From contig NZ_SNUY01000006.1 in assembly GCF_004376175.1 (NCBI RefSeq), forward strand, positions 70,809-102,808: a stretch of 32,000 bases of DNA, in the 5' to 3' direction. The notes beneath the pieces are model-generated. The model was not told the origin of the DNA. It made no database searches and saw only the letters and a program-made list of their open reading frames with translations. Every line of letters begins with the position of its first letter. Position 1 is the stretch's first letter. Below are positions 26,254-32,000 of this stretch, in pieces. The DNA comes from Halalkalibacterium halodurans. Its GTDB lineage: Bacteria; Bacillota; Bacilli; Bacillales; Bacillaceae_D. The position numbers and the translations under genes were made by a program.

Positions 26254-26434
26254 AATGACCTCCTTTTGCCTCTCTTCGTCAAAATACAAATGTTCATTTA
26301 ATGTTTACAAACTTGCAAAAAGCCCAACCACTTTACGTGTCAGGCTTTCTTCCAGTACTTAAGATAACCAAAACAAATCATAATACGTTTAAGCTACCAT
26401 TGCAACTCATAGGTGGTTTTTGACACAAAGTTGC

Positions 26435-28507
26435 TTAATTTGCTTCCTCTTTGTAATCACAGGAAGAACATTGAACTTGAACTTGTTTTTTCGTCCGTTT
26501 TTCTACAAGATAGCTTGAACACTTCGGACATGAACGGGCGATCGGTTTATCCCACGAGACGAAATCGCACTCAGGGTATTGATTACAACCATAAAACACC
26601 CGACGTTTTTTACTTTTCCGCTCAACAATTTCTCCTTTTTCACACTTTGGACATTTCACACCAATTTCTTTCACGATTGGCTTTGTGTTTCGACAGTCCG
26701 GGAAGTTGGAACAGGCCATAAATTTGCCGTAACGCCCCATTTTGTACACCATTTCATGGCCGCACTTTTCACACATTTCTCCCGTCGGTTCATCTTTAAT
26801 TTCGACTTCTTTCATTTCTTCTTCTGCGACTTTTAACCGTTCTTCAAACCCTTTATAGAAATCGTCGATGATCTTAATCCATTGCTGCTTACCTTCCTCG
26901 ATTGAGTCGAGGTCATCTTCCATCTTGGCCGTAAATTCAACATCAAGAATTTCAGGAAAAAACTCTGTCATGAGCTCAAGGACAATTTCACCGAGCTCGG
27001 TTGGAACAAACCTCCGCTCATCAAGGGCCACATAGCCGCGTTTTTGAATCGTATCAAGCGTCGGTGCATAGGTGGATGGGCGGCCGATACCAAGCTCCTC
27101 CATTGTCTTCACAAGTCGAGCCTCCGTATATCGAGGAGGCGGCTGTGTAAAGTGTTGGCTCGGTTCGATCTCTTCTTTCGTCACCGTTTGCCCTTCTTGT
27201 AAGTTCGGGAGAAGACGATCTTCTTCCTTCTTCCCTTCGTCATTTCCTTCGATGTAGACTTTCATAAATCCAGGAAATTTCACCTTTGAACCTGTTGCTC
27301 GAAACAAGACGCCTTCATTGGAAAGATCGACGGTCATCGTGTCCATAATCGCAGGAGCCATTTGACTAGCGACAAGCCGCTCCCAAATTAATTTATAGAG
27401 ACGTAGCTGATCGCGAGATAGGTACTCCTTCAACGATTTAGGATCTCGCTCGACTGAGGTTGGCCTGATCGCTTCATGGGCATCTTGGGATTTTTTGTCT
27501 TTCTTTACTGCCTTCGTCCCATTTTGCGCATATTCTTTTCCAAATTTTGATTCAATGTATTCTTTTGTTTCCGCTTTCGCTGTATCGGAAATACGAGTAG
27601 AATCTGTACGCATGTATGTAATGAGACCTACCGTACCTTCTTTTCCTAAGTCAATACCTTCATACAGTTGTTGTGCGAGCATCATTGTTTTCTTCGCGCG
27701 GAAGTTTAATTTCCGAGCGGCTTCCTGCTGCAGTGAAGACGTGGTGAACGGGCTGACCGGATTTCGCTTTCGTTCCTTTTTCTGTACGGAATCGACGTGA
27801 AACTGATCGCCTTTTAACTTTGCCAATACGTTATTCACGTCATCTTCTGATTTAAGCTCTACCTTTTTACCGTTCGTTCCATAGAACTTTGCTTCAAAAG
27901 GCTCTCCGTCCAAGGCGAATGTCCCTTGTATGCTCCAATATTCTTCAGGTTCAAACGCTTGAATTTCTTTCTCCCGATCAATAATCATCTTAACGGCGAC
28001 GGATTGAACACGTCCAGCGCTTAACCCTTTTTTTACTTTTTTCCATAATAAAGGGCTAATGTTATACCCAACGAGACGATCCAAAACCCGTCTTGCCTGC
28101 TGGGCGTCAACTAAGTCCATATTGATCGGCCTCGGGCTTTTAAAAGCATCTTTTATCGCTTGTTTCGTAATTTCATTAAATACTACACGGCATTCAGACG
28201 TTTCATCAATGTCTAAGCTATGAGCTAAATGCCAAGCAATCGCTTCACCTTCACGATCCGGGTCGGCTGCTAAATAGACGCGTTTCACCTTCTTGGCGGC
28301 GCTTTTTAACTCTTTTAATACTGGTCCCTTTCCGCGGATCGTTATATACCTCGGACTATACTCGTCCTCTATATCAACGCCCATTTGACTTTTCGGTAAG
28401 TCACGAACATGACCCATGGACGCCTTTACCGTATATTTTTTTCCCAAGTACTTTCCAATCGTTTTCGCTTTAGCGGGAGATTCCACGATTACTAAATAGT
28501 CTGCCAC
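26435..28507 (-). CDS. topA: DNA topoisomerase I
   Basis: 690 aa with the Toprim N-terminus ([18 protein letters not shown]), the active-site region ITYMRTDS, and three C-terminal C4 zinc-ribbon motifs ([15 protein letters not shown]; [15 protein letters not shown]; CPKCSSY..CSSC). GTG start after GGGGGAGGA. Confidence 0.97.
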   Translation of the reverse strand: MADYLVIVESPAKAKTIGKYLGKKYTVKASMGHVRDLPKSQMGVDIEDEYSPRYITIRGKGPVLKELKSAAKKVKRVYLAADPDREGEAIAWHLAHSLDIDETSECRVVFNEITKQAIKDAFKSPRPINMDLVDAQQARRVLDRLVGYNISPLLWKKVKKGLSAGRVQSVAVKMIIDREKEIQAFEPEEYWSIQGTFALDGEPFEAKFYGTNGKKVELKSEDDVNNVLAKLKGDQFHVDSVQKKERKRNPVSPFTTSSLQQEAARKLNFRAKKTMMLAQQLYEGIDLGKEGTVGLITYMRTDSTRISDTAKAETKEYIESKFGKEYAQNGTKAVKKDKKSQDAHEAIRPTSVERDPKSLKEYLSRDQLRLYKLIWERLVASQMAPAIMDTMTVDLSNEGVLFRATGSKVKFPGFMKVYIEGNDEGKKEEDRLLPNLQEGQTVTKEEIEPSQHFTQPPPRYTEARLVKTMEELGIGRPSTYAPTLDTIQKRGYVALDERRFVPTELGEIVLELMTEFFPEILDVEFTAKMEDDLDSIEEGKQQWIKIIDDFYKGFEERLKVAEEEMKEVEIKDEPTGEMCEKCGHEMVYKMGRYGKFMACSNFPDCRNTKPIVKEIGVKCPKCEKGEIVERKSKKRRVFYGCNQYPECDFVSWDKPIARSCPKCSSYLVEKRTKKQVQVQCSSCDYKEEAN

Positions 28508-28544
28508 AAAAATCCTCCCCCTTTCACAGAAATGAATCTTCCCT

Positions 28545-28574
28545 ATTATGAAGCAGAGTTTCTCCTTTTGTCAA
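28545..28574 (-). promoter_or_regulatory. Candidate sigA promoter for topA (TTGACA-N18-CATAAT)
   Basis: The minus strand has a perfect -35 TTGACA (28574->28569), an 18-nt spacer and CATAAT (28550->28545). This is about 40 nt upstream of the topA GTG and just downstream of the dprA stop. Confidence 0.5.
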
Positions 28575-28581
28575 ACAGAAG

Positions 28582-29490
28582 TTAGAAAAACTTGTCACTG
28601 TCACAAGATTGTTGAAATCCACAAAGTTCTTCTATTATATCGTCCGCTCGTTGAATTAATTTTGCCCCTTGTTGAATTAACTGATTCGTCCCAGCTGCTT
28701 TCTGATTGGTGATCGCTCCCGGCACAGCAAAAACATCACGTCCTTGTTCTAGGGCTTGGTCAGCCGTGATAAGCGAGCCGCTTTTTTCTTTTGCTTCAAT
28801 GACGACCGTCCCAGCACATAATCCGCTTATGATTCGGTTCCGTTCAGGAAACTGCCACGGCCTCGGCTTTACATAAGGTGGATATTCGCTAATCATCAGT
28901 TGGCTGACCATTTCGTGTTCAGCAAATGGGCGATGAGCAGCAGGATAAAGATTGTCGTGCCCATGGGCGAGAACGGCGATCGTCTGCCCCCCATTTTTCA
29001 CAGTTAATTGATGGGCATGTATATCCACCCCTGCGGCAAATCCACTCACGATTACCCAACCGTCCTGTAGGAGTGGAGGAATAAGAAGCTCCAAGCTTTT
29101 TAACCCAGTCGTTGAAGGTTTTCTCGTTCCTACAATCGCCAATCGCTTTTCTGAATAAAGTGTATTCATTCTCCCTCTGCAAAACAACACAAACGGTGGG
29201 TCATAAATCTCTTTTAACAGGTTTGGGTACCCTTTGTCAAAGATCGTAACCGGAACGATTTGCTTTTTCTTATAATATTCGGACCAGAAATCTGTTGAAA
29301 CCCGTCGTAAATGCTCGTAGAGATGTCGTGCTTTTTTTGTCGAAAGTCCATAGGTTTCGGATAATTGTACGTGGGATTGCTTAAAAATTACAGTCAATGT
29401 TTCATCAAAATGGAGAATTTTTTTAAGTAGGGCGCGTGACATGGATGGTAGACTTGCAAGGTGAGTTAACCGTTTGGCTCGTGAGGACAA
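28582..29490 (-). CDS. dprA: DNA processing/protecting protein DprA (Smf)
   Basis: It has the Rossmann-like DprA core (LAIVGTRKPSTTGL...VIVSGFAAGVDIHAHQ...FPERNRIISGL...VVIEAKEKSGSLITADQALEQGRDVFAVPG). The ORF-track start (29550) lies inside the sucD terminator loop. In-frame TTG 29490, after GAAAGGA, gives about 302 aa, close to the 297-aa B. subtilis protein. The start remains uncertain. Confidence 0.85.
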   Translation of the reverse strand: MSSRAKRLTHLASLPSMSRALLKKILHFDETLTVIFKQSHVQLSETYGLSTKKARHLYEHLRRVSTDFWSEYYKKKQIVPVTIFDKGYPNLLKEIYDPPFVLFCRGRMNTLYSEKRLAIVGTRKPSTTGLKSLELLIPPLLQDGWVIVSGFAAGVDIHAHQLTVKNGGQTIAVLAHGHDNLYPAAHRPFAEHEMVSQLMISEYPPYVKPRPWQFPERNRIISGLCAGTVVIEAKEKSGSLITADQALEQGRDVFAVPGAITNQKAAGTNQLIQQGAKLIQRADDIIEELCGFQQSCDSDKFF

Positions 29491-29526
29491 AAAGCCACAT
29501 CCTTTCTTCCTGTTAGGCGGAGGTAA

Positions 29527-29561
29527 CAAAGGGGAAAAAGCCCCCATCAAGGGAGCTTTTT
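29527..29561 (-). terminator. Rho-independent terminator of sucCD
   Basis: The minus strand reads AAAAAGCTCCC ttgat GGGGGCTTTTT CCCCTTTG. The stem is 11 bp with one mismatch, the loop is 5 nt, and a T-rich tail follows. It starts 10 nt after the sucD stop. Confidence 0.75.
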
Positions 29562-29570
29562 ATGTGAAGA

Positions 29571-30479
29571 TTATACTTGATGTGTCGTGCACTTTTCTAA
29601 AAGCCCTTGCTCTTTAAGAACGGAAATAAGCGTTTCTCCCATAACGGAAGGCGTTTCCGCTACTTTTACGCCGCAGCTTTCGAGCGTTTTAATTTTTTCA
29701 GCGGCCGTTCCTTTTCCGCCAGAGATGATCGCACCAGCATGACCCATGCGCTTTCCTGGAGGTGCTGTTTGACCACCAATAAATCCGACAACTGGCTTTG
29801 TCATATTGGCTTTGATCCACTCTGCCGCTTCTTCTTCCGCCGTACCACCAATTTCACCGATCATGATAACTGCGTATGTGTCAGGGTCTTCATTAAATAA
29901 CTTTAGGACATCAATGAAGTTTGTGCCATTTACTGGATCTCCGCCGATACCGACAGCCGTTGACTGTCCAATGCCGGCTGTTGAAAGCTGATGGACCGCT
30001 TCGTACGTTAATGTTCCGGAGCGGGACACAACGCCAACGTGGCCTTTTTTATGAATATAGCCAGGCATGATCCCAATTTTGCACTCTTCCGGCGTGATCA
30101 CACCCGGGCAGTTTGGCCCAACTAAACGGGTCTTTTTCCCTTCCATATAACGCTTAACCTTTACCATGTCCATCACAGGAATTCCCTCTGTAATACAAAT
30201 GGCAAGGTCGAGCTCAGCATCGACAGCTTCCATGATTGCATCTGCAGCAAATGCTGGCGGTACATAAATAACAGAAGCGTTTGCACCTGTCGCTTCAACC
30301 GCTTGACTCACCGTATCAAATACCGGGATGCCTTCTACTTCTGTTCCGCCTTTTCCAGGTGTTACACCACCGACAATGTTTGTTCCATATTCAACTGCTT
30401 GCTTTGTATGGAACAAACCTGTTGCACCAGTAATCCCTTGTACGATGACTTTTGTATCCTTGTTAATTAAGATACTCAT
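29571..30479 (-). CDS. sucD: Succinyl-CoA synthetase alpha subunit
   Basis: 302 aa. [17 protein letters not shown], the phosphohistidine loop SGGKGTA/MGHAGAI, and [10 protein letters not shown] are canonical SucD motifs. Confidence 0.97.
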   Translation of the reverse strand: MSILINKDTKVIVQGITGATGLFHTKQAVEYGTNIVGGVTPGKGGTEVEGIPVFDTVSQAVEATGANASVIYVPPAFAADAIMEAVDAELDLAICITEGIPVMDMVKVKRYMEGKKTRLVGPNCPGVITPEECKIGIMPGYIHKKGHVGVVSRSGTLTYEAVHQLSTAGIGQSTAVGIGGDPVNGTNFIDVLKLFNEDPDTYAVIMIGEIGGTAEEEAAEWIKANMTKPVVGFIGGQTAPPGKRMGHAGAIISGGKGTAAEKIKTLESCGVKVAETPSVMGETLISVLKEQGLLEKCTTHQV

Positions 30480-30511
30480 TCTCCACGTCCCGCCTTTCTA
30501 ATCCTATCATT

Positions 30512-31672
30512 CTATTTCACGAGAGAAACAATTTTTTGTGCACCGTCTGCCATTGAATCGGCTGCTGTAATGTTTAATCCAGACTCTTCAAGCTTTTTCT
30601 TACCTAAATCAACGTTTGTTCCTTCAAGGCGAACGACAAGAGGGATGCTTAATCCTACTTCCTTCGTCGCTTGAATAACCCCTTCTGCGATGACATCACA
30701 TTTCATGATACCACCGAAAATGTTAACAAAGATTCCTTTAACACTTTCATCAGAAAGAATGATCTTGAACGCTTCTGTAACTTTCTCTGCCGTCGCACCG
30801 CCTCCAACATCGAGGAAGTTCGCCGGTTCACCGTTGTAATGTTTAATAATATCCATTGTTGCCATGGCTAAACCTGCACCGTTTACCATGCAGCCGATAT
30901 TTCCATCTAAAGAAATGTAGCTCAAATCATATTTTGACGCTTCGATTTCCTTTGGATCCTCTTCGTCTAAATCACGGAATTCGAGGATAGCCTTTTGACG
31001 ATAAAGAGCATTCGAATCAAAGTTTAGCTTCGCATCAAGGGCCATGACCTTTCCATCACCTGTTGTGACGAGCGGATTGATCTCGGCAATAGAGCAATCT
31101 TTTTCAACAAATACTTTGTACAATCCGAGCATGAACTTCACTGCTTGTCCAACGAGCTCTTTCGGAATGTTGATGTTGAACGCCAATCTGCGCGCTTGGA
31201 AGCCTTGTAAGCCGACCACTGGATCGATGATTTCTTTAAAGATTTTTTCAGGTGTTTTTTCTGCCACTTCCTCGATTTCAGTACCACCTTCTTCAGATGC
31301 CATCATGACAACGCGAGAAGTGGCTCTGTCGAGGACAAGGCCAACATAGTACTCTTTCTGGATGTCGCACCCTTCTTCGATAAGTAAGCGCTTAACTTCT
31401 TTACCTTCAGGACCTGTTTGATGAGTAACTAACGTTTTTCCTAAAATCTCGTCAGCATATGTACGAACCTCATCAAGATTTTTCGCCACCTTGACGCCGC
31501 CTGCTTTTCCTCGACCCCCTGCGTGAATTTGCGCTTTTACCACACAAACATTAGAGCCGAGCTCTTTTGCTGCTTCAACCGCTTCGTCAACAGAAAAGGC
31601 AACTTTTCCGTTCGGAACCGCTACACCGTACTGACGAAGGAGCTCTTTCCCTTGGTACTCATGGATATTCAT
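30512..31672 (-). CDS. sucC: Succinyl-CoA synthetase beta subunit (ADP-forming)
   Basis: 386 aa. [22 protein letters not shown], the ATP-grasp domain, [15 protein letters not shown] and FVNIFGGI are canonical SucC motifs. Confidence 0.97.
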   Translation of the reverse strand: MNIHEYQGKELLRQYGVAVPNGKVAFSVDEAVEAAKELGSNVCVVKAQIHAGGRGKAGGVKVAKNLDEVRTYADEILGKTLVTHQTGPEGKEVKRLLIEEGCDIQKEYYVGLVLDRATSRVVMMASEEGGTEIEEVAEKTPEKIFKEIIDPVVGLQGFQARRLAFNINIPKELVGQAVKFMLGLYKVFVEKDCSIAEINPLVTTGDGKVMALDAKLNFDSNALYRQKAILEFRDLDEEDPKEIEASKYDLSYISLDGNIGCMVNGAGLAMATMDIIKHYNGEPANFLDVGGGATAEKVTEAFKIILSDESVKGIFVNIFGGIMKCDVIAEGVIQATKEVGLSIPLVVRLEGTNVDLGKKKLEESGLNITAADSMADGAQKIVSLVK

Positions 31673-32000
31673 TCTCTCTCCATCCTCCTGTCAAATGCAA
31701 GATTTTACATACTGCTATTGCCGTATGCTTATGGAATTCATCAGTGACATCATGCATGATTTGAGGCACTTCGCATGATCCTTTTTCATTTTAGCACTTT
31801 TTCAAATATTTTGGGAGGGGTTCTTCAATTCTTTCCCGCAAATCCGGCAGTAAACGACAGTAGGTGGGAAATCAACCTGAATTATTCATAAAAAATCTTT
31901 GATAACCAAATAATGCTTATCTATCAAGGTATTGAGCTAAATGGTCCATGCATCAAATAAATGAAAAAAGAATCCATTTCTGATATGGTTAAAGCAACTA

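Noticed and set aside
26290-26434. Possible topA terminator or trmFO promoter in the topA-trmFO spacer (interrupted stem AAAGCC...CAC gtaaa GTG...GGCTTTTT, about 26320-26360)
   Set aside because: The stem is short, interrupted and has a large loop. I could not find a convincing -35/-10 pair downstream. It is too weak to report as a feature.
1551-31764. All other short or medium ORFs embedded in or antisense to the main genes. Examples: 1551-1820, 1825-2092, 4141-4491, 4691-5177, 5416-5713, 5690-5878, 7078-7347, 7609-7890, 8386-8670, 9054-9539, 10197-10445, 12974-13159, 15382-16388, 16715-16921, 17329-17691, 18377-18879, 19330-20580, 21251-21693, 22401-22971, 23210-23461, 23955-24155, 24327-24764, 25448-25648, 26413-26836, 27072-27800, 28919-29182, 29607-29991, 30671-31764.
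   Set aside because: Each overlaps a strongly conserved, well-supported gene on the same or opposite strand. They lack Shine-Dalgarno sequences, and their translations are low-complexity (S/F/L/R-rich) with no recognisable motifs.
1-32000. Scan for CRISPR arrays, tRNA/rRNA genes, long tandem repeats, riboswitch-like leaders, toxin-antitoxin pairs or defence islands
   Set aside because: I could see no regularly spaced direct repeats, no cloverleaf-like or rRNA-like segments, and no unexplained multi-gene cluster. Apart from the IS block, every ORF of at least 100 aa is assignable to a conserved housekeeping or flagellar family.

Overview
This window is a Bacillaceae chromosomal core segment. 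Every housekeeping gene is on the minus strand, in the same order as in B. subtilis. From right to left the order is sucC-sucD-dprA-topA-trmFO(gid)-xerC(codV)-hslV(clpQ)-hslU(clpY)-codY, then the first part of the fla/che flagellar operon. That part runs flgB-flgC-fliE-fliF-fliG-fliH-fliI-fliJ-ylxF-fliK-flgD-(small conserved ORF)-flgE-swrD/flbD-fliL-fliM-fliY-cheY-fliZ-fliP, with fliP cut by the left edge. All of these ORFs look intact. The only non-core DNA is a block of about 6.07 kb (about 15047-21112) between the codY stop codon and the fla/che promoter region. It holds two different IS1182-family insertion sequences in tandem. The second carries a nested IS21-family element (istA/istB) inside its terminal ~55 bp. 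I also mark several items read directly from the sequence: candidate sigD and sigA promoters upstream of flgB, sigA-type promoters for xerC and topA, a clear intrinsic terminator after sucD, and terminator-like and RBS-occluding structures inside the IS elements. Several ORF-track N-termini are over-extended, so I give Shine-Dalgarno-supported starts (many TTG/GTG). I see no evidence for a new multi-gene system: no defence, toxin-antitoxin, CRISPR, secondary-metabolite, tRNA or rRNA content. The most unusual features are the IS pile-up next to the flagellar promoter, its nested architecture, and a few small poorly characterised flagellar-operon genes. The organism cannot be verified here. Synteny and IS richness would fit an alkaliphilic Bacillus such as Halalkalibacterium halodurans, but that is only a guess.
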